64,000 bases of DNA from positions 32,955-96,954 of the IMG/VR virus record IMGVR_UViG_3300012663_000801; one strand, written 5' to 3'. The translations under genes were made by a program, and so were the position numbers. The DNA comes from a virus. Under the pieces are notes generated by a model that had not been told where the DNA came from, made no database searches, and saw only the letters and a list, made by a program, of their open reading frames with translations. Shown here in pieces: positions 13,415 to 23,491 of the stretch. The first letter of the stretch is position 1; each line of letters begins with the position of its first letter.

Positions 13415-16321
13415 ATGAGAAGATTTCATGGATTGTATAAAAAGTTGATGGCGACATTATCTGAAGAGGTATGGCAACCATCGACTGTTATTGAGTTGGG
13501 GAATAAAAGAAAAAAATCAGATAGTGGATATTGCGAATATAACCCATTAATCAATAAATTTGCCATGGAAAATTCCGATAACTTGGCAATGGTATTTGCA
13601 TTTGTTTTCTATACTATTCAGACTGACTGGAACGTGGTTGTTGATAATTTTCCCCATTTCATAAAATGGTTCTATACAGAAGCAGTTAAGAAAAAAGGTA
13701 ATAAATTAATGGTTGATAGATCAGCTAAACCTCCGGGTATGGGTCATATGATGACATCCCCTAGTAAAAAATATAATGGGTTGGCTAGTGAAAGATTACA
13801 AAATTTATATGAAGTTTATGACAATAGACATAAAATATATGAAAATTTTGTTAAAAAAATTGATAATCCTAGAGAGTTATTCATCTATATTTTAAAAAAT
13901 ATAAAAGGCTTGGCAGCAGTAAAGGCTGGTTTCGTGGTTCAGTTGGTGACTGGTAGAATTGGTTGCATGGATAGTATAAATTCAAAAGTTTATACCGGAG
14001 ATATTACCGGATTCAATCCGAGTTCTAAAATTTCTAAAAATAAAGCAGGAGACTTTTCACCGAATACTTTAAAAAAAATCGACCAATATATTGAATATGT
14101 CGATCCTCTGAGTCAAATACTTTGGGATGATTGGTGTGAAATCGTTGAAAGTAAATTATTATATGCAATCCTAAAACCAAAGAAAGATGAAAAGGAAAGA
14201 GGTGAGCATAAAGTCATAGGAACCAGATTTAAAGATAACGATAATGTTATGACGCAAACATCGTATCTTTTAAATAAAAGAAAAGGAAACGCTGATAGTA
14301 TCGGAAAACACATTAAAAGATTGAATCAAGGTAAAGAAAAAGGTAAAGTTATATCTGGTGATCATTACAATGTTTTAAAGGACATAGAACAATACATGAG
14401 AAAAGAATCTTTCGATCAAGAATACGAGATGTTGATGCGTGAATATGTGGAAGATTTCGATCAAAAATGGACTAAAGCTGTTGACGATTCTGAAGAACTT
14501 AGAGTCGCACTTGATCTGATGCAGCAAATCAAATCAAAATTAAAGGGTGAGATTTATATTGTTGGTGGAGTTCCCCGTGATTTGCTTATGGGAAACGCGA
14601 TTGATGATGTGGATCTGGCTACCAACATTCCGGTTGAAGAGTTGGAGAAACATTTTGAATTGAGAAATATCTCCAAGAACGATTCACAACCAGTCTATGC
14701 TATTCTTTGGAAGGGATATGTGTATGATTTAGCGAAATTCAGAACAGACTCGGGTGACATCGGCAGACAAGCCAATGTTTCGACCGAGACAGATTCCTTT
14801 GAGAAAGATTCCGAGCGTAGGGATTTAACAATCAACTCCTTTGGATTGGACGAGAATGGAAAAATCGTGGATTATCAAGGTGGTCTCGATGATTTGAAAA
14901 ACAAAATCGTGCGTGCTGTCGGTGATGCCAAGAAAAGATTCTTGGAGGATGCGACGAGAATTCTTCGTGTTTTCCGTTTTGCCGCTAAAATGGATTTCGA
15001 AATTGAAGATAAAACCAAAAGAGCAGCAATTGAATTGAAACATTTGCTTCAAGATCCGAAGGCGATTTCCAAAGAAAGTATCTCAAAAGAATTTTACAAG
15101 TCTGCCAAGTCTGGTAGAACTCTCGCCAACTTCTTGAAGAAATTACAGGACACGAAAATCCTACATGATATCCTTCCTGAATTTACGGAGATGGAAGGTT
15201 TCGATCACGATCCAGAGCATCATCCTGAAGGTGAATCCCAAGTATTGGGACACATCTATGAGTGTTTGAATGCTTCCCCATACAAAGATCCAGTGATTAA
15301 TCTCGCAGTATTGTTCCACGATTTTGGCAAAGCCACTACAAGAGGACGAAAAGATAATGGATTCAGTAGCTATCATGGACACGAAGCTGCTGGTGTTCCT
15401 ATTGTCGAGAGAATATTCGAAAGATTGCGATTTGCCGAATTGTCTCAGCAAGATAAAAAGAACATCTTAGCGGCAGTGGATAAGCATATGCTTGTTCACA
15501 ATATCGATAAACTCAATATCAAAACGTTGACAAAGTTAATTCAAAATCCTGCATGGGAAACCATCAAAGCAGTTGGATATTGCGATGAAGCTTCTAGGGG
15601 ATCTGGTCTCTTCAATGAAAAAGAATTTTGGGACAAGATCAAAAGGGCTGAAGAAAAAGTTGCCAATATTGGAGGTTCCGAAGATGAAACCAGAAAGAGA
15701 CTCAAGCAATATTTCAGTGGTGATAAATTGATGAAATGGTTCCCAATTCTTGTCAAAGATAAATCAAAATTCAGAGAAATCACATCAGCACTTCAAGAAT
15801 ATACTTTAGAAGAATTGAATGCTGGTAGAGAACCGAATGAAGCGGAGATGAAGACGATTGTTTCTGGTATTCTGAAAGGAAATCAATTTAATGAGTGGGT
15901 TGCTATGTTTGAATCTTCTTTAAGAAAGAATGAAACCCATTTACCAGAAAATCCATTTGCTGTATTCGTGGTCCACCAATTTCCAAATGGTAAAATAGCG
16001 GCGACCACTAGACCAAAAGATAGAATGAAAGATGATGAAGGTTTGTCTTATGGACTTCCGGGTGGTAAGGTAGATCCCGGCGAAGATCCCATGGAAGCAG
16101 CTATCAGAGAATCAAAAGAAGAAGGTTGGAAGGTTTCTGGATTGACTCAAAAACATTCTGATATCGTTCAAGGTAAATTAGTGTGGTGGTATCACGCAAA
16201 ATCTGCTACTCCTTTACGGGAATACAAAGAAAAATATCGTGGTATTAAACCAATTCAAATTGGTATGGATCAATTAAAAGGATTTGGGAACGAAATCGCT
16301 ATTCCAAAATCATTGGAATAA
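13415..16321 (+). CDS. Fusion: HhH glycosylase-like domain + CCA-adding nucleotidyltransferase + HD phosphohydrolase + Nudix
   Basis: IKGLAAVKAGFVVQL..G..GCMDS; VGGVPRDLL..DDVDLAT, RRDLTINS, EDATRILR; HHPEG, LFHDFGK; Nudix box GGKVDPGEDPMEAAIRESKEEG. Confidence 0.9.
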   Translation: MRRFHGLYKKLMATLSEEVWQPSTVIELGNKRKKSDSGYCEYNPLINKFAMENSDNLAMVFAFVFYTIQTDWNVVVDNFPHFIKWFYTEAVKKKGNKLMVDRSAKPPGMGHMMTSPSKKYNGLASERLQNLYEVYDNRHKIYENFVKKIDNPRELFIYILKNIKGLAAVKAGFVVQLVTGRIGCMDSINSKVYTGDITGFNPSSKISKNKAGDFSPNTLKKIDQYIEYVDPLSQILWDDWCEIVESKLLYAILKPKKDEKERGEHKVIGTRFKDNDNVMTQTSYLLNKRKGNADSIGKHIKRLNQGKEKGKVISGDHYNVLKDIEQYMRKESFDQEYEMLMREYVEDFDQKWTKAVDDSEELRVALDLMQQIKSKLKGEIYIVGGVPRDLLMGNAIDDVDLATNIPVEELEKHFELRNISKNDSQPVYAILWKGYVYDLAKFRTDSGDIGRQANVSTETDSFEKDSERRDLTINSFGLDENGKIVDYQGGLDDLKNKIVRAVGDAKKRFLEDATRILRVFRFAAKMDFEIEDKTKRAAIELKHLLQDPKAISKESISKEFYKSAKSGRTLANFLKKLQDTKILHDILPEFTEMEGFDHDPEHHPEGESQVLGHIYECLNASPYKDPVINLAVLFHDFGKATTRGRKDNGFSSYHGHEAAGVPIVERIFERLRFAELSQQDKKNILAAVDKHMLVHNIDKLNIKTLTKLIQNPAWETIKAVGYCDEASRGSGLFNEKEFWDKIKRAEEKVANIGGSEDETRKRLKQYFSGDKLMKWFPILVKDKSKFREITSALQEYTLEELNAGREPNEAEMKTIVSGILKGNQFNEWVAMFESSLRKNETHLPENPFAVFVVHQFPNGKIAATTRPKDRMKDDEGLSYGLPGGKVDPGEDPMEAAIRESKEEGWKVSGLTQKHSDIVQGKLVWWYHAKSATPLREYKEKYRGIKPIQIGMDQLKGFGNEIAIPKSLE

Positions 16322-16328
16322 TGAAAAA

Positions 16329-16553
16329 TTAATCCTTATGCCATTTCTCCATCTTTGAATAATACTTAGGATCTTCCTCAACGTGTTGTTTGGAGATGGT
16401 TCTCGCTAATTTTTTACCTAATTTAGATTTACGTTTGGATGGTGCAACGTGTTCTTTTTCCACGTTCTCACCTTTGGAGACTTCTGATTCGGGTAAATCC
16501 TTCTTCTCAACTTTCTTGAAGTAGTCATCAAAGAAATCTTGGAATTTTTTCAT
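16329..16553 (-). CDS. DUF5661-like protein, start corrected to 16553 (MKKFQDFF...)
   Basis: GENVEKEH...ARTISKQHVEEDPKYYSK; TAAATA-N5-ATG. Confidence 0.7.
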   Translation of the reverse strand: MKKFQDFFDDYFKKVEKKDLPESEVSKGENVEKEHVAPSKRKSKLGKKLARTISKQHVEEDPKYYSKMEKWHKD

Positions 16554-16557
16554 AATA

Positions 16558-17379
16558 TTATTTAAGTTCGTGTAACAAAGGATCGCTTGATGTGATGCGA
16601 TGTTTCTTTCCTTCGTCATCCAAATAGATCACGGGATCGACGACAAAAATATTTCCATCATCATCCATCAATACGTTTTCATCGTGCATGTCTTCCACAC
16701 GAATCCCTTTTTCTTGATTAATGTAATCATGCTGGGTTCCCGGAATTTTTGAGTAACCCAAATTATTCATCAATTGTTCAACGTCTACAGGAGATGCGCC
16801 TTTAGTGGCACGAACATGTGGTTGTGAAATAACTGGCTGCAATTCGCCATGATTCATCACGAAACCTTCTAAAGCATAAGGAGCTTCAGGGAAAGCAGAA
16901 TTATGGAGTGCTAATCTATAAAAGAATTCTAAATATGTGGTGTGGTAGGAGAGATTATTCCGCTTGAACCATCTCTGGGATTCTTCATCGAAATATACAT
17001 TATTCTCTGCTTCCCCTTTTTCACCTTGCTGCTTCCATTTGCGATCAAATTCTTTGTTGTCCATCATTAGACCGACTTGTTCAGCCCAATGCTTCAGCCA
17101 TTTTTCTTCTACGGGTTTGACCCGTTTGGACATCAGATTTCTCGCAGCGACTTTTTTCTTGTAATCTTTTTCCGCTGCGAACTCTGGGATCGAATCATCT
17201 CGTATTGATTCATGGCTTCTGTAAGCGACAGCGGTGGCAGCTTTGAGCTTTTTTCCACCTCTTCCAGAATAGCCTTGTTCCGCTCCAGATGGGATTCTGT
17301 CAGGAGTGTATTTTTCATATTGTTCATAAATTATTCTTAAAAAATTTTCAAGATTTATCAAATCTTTCTGTTTAAACAT
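16558..17379 (-). CDS. Polyvalent-protein-type Ser/Thr/Tyr kinase
   Basis: GEAENNVY, LHNSAFPEAPYALEGF, VISQPHV, EDMHDENVL, VVDPVI. Confidence 0.8.
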   Translation of the reverse strand: MFKQKDLINLENFLRIIYEQYEKYTPDRIPSGAEQGYSGRGGKKLKAATAVAYRSHESIRDDSIPEFAAEKDYKKKVAARNLMSKRVKPVEEKWLKHWAEQVGLMMDNKEFDRKWKQQGEKGEAENNVYFDEESQRWFKRNNLSYHTTYLEFFYRLALHNSAFPEAPYALEGFVMNHGELQPVISQPHVRATKGASPVDVEQLMNNLGYSKIPGTQHDYINQEKGIRVEDMHDENVLMDDDGNIFVVDPVIYLDDEGKKHRITSSDPLLHELK

Positions 17380-17393
17380 ATTATTATTTAGGA

Positions 17394-18302
17394 TTAATCT
17401 TCATGATTCGTATTCTCGCTTAGTTTTTTACGATATCCATATTCTGCTACAGAAGGATATCCGCCTGTAACGTGTTTGATTTCTGAAGGATCGAAACCTC
17501 TGAATTCCCATACGATTTTCTTTTCATAAGGTGTCATTTTGAATCCAGTATGCGCTCTCATCAAAATATCTACGATATCATCGTGTGACAATTCTGGATG
17601 GATTCTACTTTTCAATTCCTTGACTTCTCCCAATTCGGTTTCTCTGTAATCATCTCCGTAGTGGTTGAATTTAGTTGAATCGGTAGCAGACCAGAATATA
17701 TCACCCAAGTTGAAATATTTTTTCAAATTTTTGAGATCGTCTGGCTTCAAATCTCTTTCTCTACACCAAAAAACAATAACATCAACATCTTTTTTCAATG
17801 TTTTAGATGGAACTGAAAACCATATTCTCCCTGCTCTGGTATTTCGTCTAGTATCAGTAGCCATTCCAGCTTTCTGTTCTTTCGCAAAATATTCCAGATT
17901 GGAGGCATCCAATTTACCCAAAAATGACACACCATCATCTTTAAGAATTTTCTTCGCATCTTTGATTTTGGTATTGACATACATCGACTTCAAATAACTC
18001 ATCGTCGCTGGGAATGGGATGATATTCAATGCCGCAGCTAATTTAGTAAATGCTGAAAATATGTATGGGTGCGTTCCTTCTCTGTGATTGATAGTGCCAA
18101 TCAATTCGGAATTATCTCCGATGAAGCAGAATGGTCTGGTGTTATCATCGAAATTCTTAGAAATCCCATCAAATTCAAGTCTATCAGGACTTGATCGTGT
18201 TACTGGGATATTTACATTTTCGAATAAAACAACACCTCTCGCCGCTGCTCTTTCTTGAATAATTTGATTATATAAATCTCTAATTTTTAGATCATCTTTC
18301 AT
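17394..18302 (-). CDS. Hypothetical protein, 302 aa
   Basis: Long ORF; N-terminus ends IIQE like its neighbours. Confidence 0.8.
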   Translation of the reverse strand: MKDDLKIRDLYNQIIQERAAARGVVLFENVNIPVTRSSPDRLEFDGISKNFDDNTRPFCFIGDNSELIGTINHREGTHPYIFSAFTKLAAALNIIPFPATMSYLKSMYVNTKIKDAKKILKDDGVSFLGKLDASNLEYFAKEQKAGMATDTRRNTRAGRIWFSVPSKTLKKDVDVIVFWCRERDLKPDDLKNLKKYFNLGDIFWSATDSTKFNHYGDDYRETELGEVKELKSRIHPELSHDDIVDILMRAHTGFKMTPYEKKIVWEFRGFDPSEIKHVTGGYPSVAEYGYRKKLSENTNHED

Positions 18303-18588
18303 GGTTCCAAATATCTTCTATTGTTTTAAATTTTGTTATCAGTAAATCCAAATTTTTGGAATGGAAATTACAGTCTATCGAAGTTTTTATAGTGTGTCTG
18401 TTGTTATTATTACAGAATGACAATTCGTAATTCAAATCACCCATTCCAGAAACGTGTTGAACTTCCATCACGAAAGTATCACACATGCCTGATGGAAGTG
18501 GACTTTGATTTTCAGAAAAAATAATATCCACTTCCGAATGATTTTTCGGAGCGTTCTCAATATATTCTTTAGGGTAAATTACTGTCAT
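18292..18588 (-). CDS. Hypothetical protein, 98 aa
   Basis: Overlaps both neighbours at start/stop. Confidence 0.65.
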   Translation of the reverse strand: MTVIYPKEYIENAPKNHSEVDIIFSENQSPLPSGMCDTFVMEVQHVSGMGDLNYELSFCNNNNRHTIKTSIDCNFHSKNLDLLITKFKTIEDIWNHER

Positions 18589-19187
18589 TATTTTAATTTC
18601 ATGTATACAACAACCGTCTCAGCATCCTTGTGGATCACGCCATCATCATCCACATAGTAGGAAATGCCATTGAAGATCGGATACGGCATGCTATCATCAT
18701 TTTTGTCAGTGTCAATCACAAAACCATTTCTACTGTAAAGTTTGAATAATTTAGTAGATTTGATATTACCGTTTTCATCTTGTTCAGCGAAACAATCCAA
18801 ACGTCTCGCACCATTTTTAATCGCACTCTTTACGATGGCATCGCCCGAAGATTCCCCAGCAGAGAAAACAGAAACCAATTCATCTCCCTCTTTGAGGCAA
18901 TATCCGCTGGTATTATTCGGACCAACGAAACATTCCATTTTTGAATATTCTTCTGGTTTGTAAATGGTGATATTATTTTTAATATCTTTGAAAAGCTCAG
19001 GATTATTGGATCGAGACTCATCAGCTTTCATGTAAGCATTGATGATTTTATAAAATGATCTCCAATCAACCTTTTTAAATTTTTCAGAATCGTCGGAGGT
19101 GAGTCTTCTACTGATTTTTAATTGCTCAGGTGATAATTTGCCGATGTCTGAGAATGCTTCCCAAAAGAATTGATAAAATGTCTTCAT
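18588..19187 (-). CDS. GNAT-like acetyltransferase
   Basis: ELVSVFS...GDAIVKSAIKNGARRLDCF...LFKLYSRNGF; MKTFYQFFWE; TAAATA-N5-ATG. Confidence 0.65.
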   Translation of the reverse strand: MKTFYQFFWEAFSDIGKLSPEQLKISRRLTSDDSEKFKKVDWRSFYKIINAYMKADESRSNNPELFKDIKNNITIYKPEEYSKMECFVGPNNTSGYCLKEGDELVSVFSAGESSGDAIVKSAIKNGARRLDCFAEQDENGNIKSTKLFKLYSRNGFVIDTDKNDDSMPYPIFNGISYYVDDDGVIHKDAETVVVYMKLK

Positions 19188-19348
19188 TCTATTATTTAAC
19201 TATTTCGACGTTTTCCCAAAACATATTTGTCGAACATACATGGTCTGGGAACCCCATCATCTCCTTAAAATTCCAAGCTTCTATCAAATCATGAAATATA
19301 CAATTAGCTACTATGTAGTATTCCACCATAACTATTTCAAATTCCTTT

Positions 19349-19627
19349 TTATTTTTCCAAATATTTGTCAATCACCATGGTCAGGTAATCAGCAAACCAA
19401 CAAATGGAAGATGCATAGAACCCCCATAAAGGCATAAGCCAAGGGGTTCCACTCCAAAACATACCGAAGAAACATCCCACCCAAAATCCAAGACACATGC
19501 AACATTTAAATAATTTTTTGAAGAAATCATTTTTAGATAAATGCTCACGAACAGGATTCAAGATTGACCCATATTTCAGAATCAAACAAGCACCAATTAA
19601 AACGAAAGATTGAAACCAAAGACTCAT
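19349..19627 (-). CDS. Small membrane protein (DUF1360-like, CxxCLGFW)
   Basis: KLFKCCMCLGFWVG plus hydrophobic segments. Confidence 0.7.
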   Translation of the reverse strand: MSLWFQSFVLIGACLILKYGSILNPVREHLSKNDFFKKLFKCCMCLGFWVGCFFGMFWSGTPWLMPLWGFYASSICWFADYLTMVIDKYLEK

Positions 19628-19821
19628 CCGAGAATAAGCTTTTGGTCATCAATCGTTTTAACACCATCGGAAATCAGAAGAGCTTCTTCCTTTTTCACTG
19701 TAATCTTGTTACCGAAATCGTCGGTAATTTCAACCATACCATTAGTAAGCTCTGTGACGACTGGACAACCTTTTCCCTTACAGCACAATTTAACACTATT
19801 ATTCGATAATACTTTGATCAT
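19624..19821 (-). CDS. Hypothetical protein (LCCKGKGCP...ITDDFGN)
   Basis: ORF behind TAAATA box. Confidence 0.75.
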   Translation of the reverse strand: MIKVLSNNSVKLCCKGKGCPVVTELTNGMVEITDDFGNKITVKKEEALLISDGVKTIDDQKLILG

Positions 19822-19882
19822 ACTAATTTATTTATCCGAATTGTAGAAAAATCAACAAAGAAATGTGTCCGAATTTGGGAAC

Positions 19883-20467
19883 TTATTGTTCCCAAACAGA
19901 GACTGTCATACCTTTTCCTCTGGTGGCGGATTGGGTGTCGATGATTTCTTCTTCATCATAAAAAACAGATACCAGATAATCCATATCATTTGGTCCTTCG
20001 ATTGTGTTGAATTTCAATTTGGATATTTCGAAATTATCAGTTTCAATGTATCCTCCGAAAATTGTTCCCTTTTCATACGAATTGATTTCCATCATTCGAT
20101 CTGGGCCTCGTAATGTCTCAGTAGATTCCAAACATTCGTATTCATCATTGAATTCGATGAAGGATTTATTCAAAATTTCCACATCATCTTCTTCAATACA
20201 GATATCACAATTGTCGAAGTCAGGAGTGCTAGAATGGAATTCAATAAGTGGATTTTCATCCCAACTATAAATTTCATCATTCTCGACTAGCAAATTCATT
20301 TCATCTGGAATGTCACCCTGAAAATCTTCAGGGGACCAAATGTAATCTGTGATTTCAAAATCCTCATCATCATTTTTCTTGAACCAATAAGAATATTGTT
20401 TGGGAGTGAGTCGCAGAATTACGGTTTCTACTCCATGACCATTTAGTGTAATTAGATATTTTTTCAT
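19883..20467 (-). CDS. Acidic hypothetical protein, 194 aa
   Basis: Long ORF, SYEKGTIF motif. Confidence 0.8.
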   Translation of the reverse strand: MKKYLITLNGHGVETVILRLTPKQYSYWFKKNDDEDFEITDYIWSPEDFQGDIPDEMNLLVENDEIYSWDENPLIEFHSSTPDFDNCDICIEEDDVEILNKSFIEFNDEYECLESTETLRGPDRMMEINSYEKGTIFGGYIETDNFEISKLKFNTIEGPNDMDYLVSVFYDEEEIIDTQSATRGKGMTVSVWEQ

Positions 20468-20481
20468 TTTATATTATTATT

Positions 20482-20808
20482 TTAAGGTATTTCCATTGCA
20501 GCGTCAATCGCTTCGCGTAAAGTCTTTCGCGAAGTTGTTCCTTCTTTCGGAGTCCAAACTGACCAACGAGGATATTCTCCATTCATCGTAACAGTTGAAA
20601 GTCCGATATGCCGAAACCATGAAGAATTTTCTTCGAAAAAATCCAAACGAATTTTATCGATATGATTATCGTGTTCTTCACGATCCCGATCACAATATTC
20701 GCAATCGTATTCTTGTTTATGTGTCCCTAAAACAACAGGGCAATCTTCATCACCGTATTTACAACCATGTCGAACGCAGCAATGTGATGTATGAACTCCA
20801 ATATTCAT
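20482..20808 (-). CDS. Cys/His-rich hypothetical protein
   Basis: VHTSHCCVRHGCKYGDEDCPV...CEYC. Confidence 0.8.
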   Translation of the reverse strand: MNIGVHTSHCCVRHGCKYGDEDCPVVLGTHKQEYDCEYCDRDREEHDNHIDKIRLDFFEENSSWFRHIGLSTVTMNGEYPRWSVWTPKEGTTSRKTLREAIDAAMEIP

Positions 20809-21480
20809 TTAATACCCCCAAGCTTTTAAAGTGTGTTCGAAAGGATTGCCTTCGATGTTCTTCACCAATTCCAACATTTCAGCAGCGATTTCTCGGATCT
20901 CTTTTTGAGCATGTTCGCTGTTTCGCAGCTTCAAGAAATTGGCAAACGAACGCATGTTAAACATTACATCAGCTTGAATTTGAGAATTGTAAGTCTTGAA
21001 GAATCGTGCGCTTTCTTTGGCACGTTTACGTCCAAGGATTGGAGTGAGATCCGCTAGACATGCGTGATATAGCATGTTACCTCTCTTGGTGTATTCTTCG
21101 AGTTGATCTAACCATTCAAACTGAGTCGGATTAAAAGTTAGTGGATCGAGCACAGTTCCTTTAATACCTTCCCAATCTTCAGGCAAGTAATACTTGTCGT
21201 CCTTCAATTCTTTGTAGCGAGCACTCTCGGCATTCATGCTGCTGATACGATGCTTCAAAAGATGAATATGCGAAGCGATTTCTGTGTCAACAAGAAAGTG
21301 AACCATTCCTTTTTCGAACGGAGTGTGGTGTCCTTCGCTCCAGAGCATATTGATAAGCTTTGGAATTCGTTCGCGTTTGTCGTCTGACAAATCACGAGAA
21401 GTGCTAGTCCAAGCTGAACAAGCGATAATTTCATCGCTCCCATAGTGTCCAATTAGGGATACTGTATTTTTATTACTCAT
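20809..21480 (-). CDS. thyX: Flavin-dependent thymidylate synthase
   Basis: GHHTPFE, HLLKHR..SMNAESARY, LRNSEHAQKEIR. Confidence 0.93.
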   Translation of the reverse strand: MSNKNTVSLIGHYGSDEIIACSAWTSTSRDLSDDKRERIPKLINMLWSEGHHTPFEKGMVHFLVDTEIASHIHLLKHRISSMNAESARYKELKDDKYYLPEDWEGIKGTVLDPLTFNPTQFEWLDQLEEYTKRGNMLYHACLADLTPILGRKRAKESARFFKTYNSQIQADVMFNMRSFANFLKLRNSEHAQKEIREIAAEMLELVKNIEGNPFEHTLKAWGY

Positions 21481-21486
21481 ATATTT

Positions 21487-21879
21487 TTATTGTAGAACTT
21501 CAACCTTGACATCGGTAACGCCTTGCGATTTGAATCCAAGACGAGACGCAACGCCGACTGTCACATCAATGACACGACCCTTGACATACGGTCCTCTGTC
21601 AGAGATTTTAACGATCTCGCTTTTACCATTACGAACATTGGTGACTTTTACCTTTGTTCCCATTGGAAGTGTTTTGTGCGCAGCCGTTGAGCTATTATTG
21701 TTCAAACGTTCACCGCTTGCGGTCTTGCTTCCTCTGTTGCAGAGAGTGGAATACCACGACGCTTTTCCAGTTTGAACTTGGATTTGTTTGCTTGATTTCG
21801 ACGGTTTGCTGGCTGGATTCACAGCGGAGCAGCTGACCGAGAAAATAAGAAGTAGTGCTGTTGTCAGTATTGTCTTCAT
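21487..21879 (-). CDS. rlpA: RlpA-like DPBB lytic transglycosylase lipoprotein
   Basis: GKASWY, TASGE, TAAHKTLPMGT, ISDRGPYVKGRVIDV; signal peptide with Cys. Confidence 0.92.
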   Translation of the reverse strand: MKTILTTALLLIFSVSCSAVNPASKPSKSSKQIQVQTGKASWYSTLCNRGSKTASGERLNNNSSTAAHKTLPMGTKVKVTNVRNGKSEIVKISDRGPYVKGRVIDVTVGVASRLGFKSQGVTDVKVEVLQ

Positions 21880-22035
21880 ATCGGGGAGTATTTAAGCAGG
21901 TAAATTTGGTTTGTCAACCCCGAGAATCGATGAGATCTTCTGGATTATTTTTTAATATAAAAGAATCGTATCACATTACCGATTGAATGTCAAGTATTTT
22001 TCTTAAAAATCCAAGATGGTAAATTAAATACATAT

Positions 22036-23463
22036 ATGGCTATCAATTCTAATATCAACGCGAATCCCGCTATTGTTGACTACGGTAAATATGTGCAGAT
22101 CGTTGATGATGCGAGATTTCCGAATATTAGTTCATATAATGGAACGCCTTTGACTCTGAGTGAATTTCCAAAATATGCGACGTTGACTTATAATGTTAAT
22201 ACATCTGATAACAGCGAACCTCAACCTATTGTAATTGTAGATCCTACACGTTTTAATGGTAACTTCAATATGGCGAGCGATGCATTTGGTCGTGTTCGTA
22301 TGTCTACACCACTAACTCTATTTGATTCATCTCACAGATACTCAGACAACAACTTGTGGGCAACTCTAACTGCTGGCACGACTACAACATCTGCTTCTGC
22401 TTCATTTAATCAGACACAAGGATTGGTAGATTTGAGAGTTGATGCATTGAGTGGTTCTAAGGTGTATAGAGAGACTAAAAAGGTATTCGCATATCAGCCC
22501 GGTAAGTCTCTTCAAGTTATGAACACTTTCACATTCAACGCAGATAAAACAAATCTTAGACAGCGTGTTGGATATTTTGGAAATGACAATGGTATTTACT
22601 TGGAGCTTGATGATTCAACACTATATATGGTTGAGCGTAGCATAACGTCAGGATCACTCTCTTCGACTCGTATAGCGCAGGCCAATTGGAATGTTGATCC
22701 TCTTGATGGTTCTGGACCGTCTGGTTTGGTGCTAGATATTACAAAAGCTCAGATATTTTTCATGGATATTGAATGGCTTGGCCTTGGCACCGTTAGAACA
22801 GGTTTTGTTATCAACGGACAATTTGTGCCATGTCATTATTTTCATCACGCAAATGTAATAGCATCAACGTATATTACAACAGCATCTTTGCCATTGAGAT
22901 ATGAAATAGAAAACAAAGCAGCTACATCTAGTCCTAGCTTATTGAAGCAAGTTTGTAGCACTGTTATATCCGAAGGTGGTTATGAGCTAAGAGGATTGCA
23001 ACAAGCAGTTGGCACAGATATTGAAACTCCGAGAGATCTTGGTAATGCTAGTGCATATATACCTGTTGTTTCAATTCGTTTAAGATCCATTAGGTTAGAT
23101 GCTATTGTTATCTTAACAGCCCTATCAATAATGGGTGTTGGGACAGGTGTTTACAATTGGAGGGTTATTACAAGCGGTGTAACGAGTGGTGGTAGTTGGT
23201 TACCTGCTGCTGATAATTCAAGTGTTGAATATAACCTTACCGGGACTAGCTTATCAGGAGGTCGCGTATTAGCTTCTGGCTTTTTAACTTCTAGCAATTC
23301 GACGACCATAACTACAGATATCTTGAAAGAAGCCTTGTTTAAATTTCAGTTGGAAAGAAATTCATTTACTAATACAGCTTACGAACTTACATTGGCTGTT
23401 GCTTCTAGGGATAATGGCGATGATGTTTATGCTTCAATGGATTGGGAAGAAGTATCCAGATAA
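22036..23463 (+). CDS. Probable virion structural protein (beta-rich)
   Basis: DAFGRVRMSTPLTLFDS, YQPGKS, EWLGLG motifs of a common phage structural family; late promoter. Confidence 0.65.
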   Translation: MAINSNINANPAIVDYGKYVQIVDDARFPNISSYNGTPLTLSEFPKYATLTYNVNTSDNSEPQPIVIVDPTRFNGNFNMASDAFGRVRMSTPLTLFDSSHRYSDNNLWATLTAGTTTTSASASFNQTQGLVDLRVDALSGSKVYRETKKVFAYQPGKSLQVMNTFTFNADKTNLRQRVGYFGNDNGIYLELDDSTLYMVERSITSGSLSSTRIAQANWNVDPLDGSGPSGLVLDITKAQIFFMDIEWLGLGTVRTGFVINGQFVPCHYFHHANVIASTYITTASLPLRYEIENKAATSSPSLLKQVCSTVISEGGYELRGLQQAVGTDIETPRDLGNASAYIPVVSIRLRSIRLDAIVILTALSIMGVGTGVYNWRVITSGVTSGGSWLPAADNSSVEYNLTGTSLSGGRVLASGFLTSSNSTTITTDILKEALFKFQLERNSFTNTAYELTLAVASRDNGDDVYASMDWEEVSR

Positions 23464-23491
23464 TCGAAAATTTCAAGCACTAAATAATAAT

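Noticed and set aside
18366-18389. Minus-strand TAAAAACT-TCGA-TAGACT match inside a CDS
   Set aside because: No purine or ATG at +24; isolated and probably chance.
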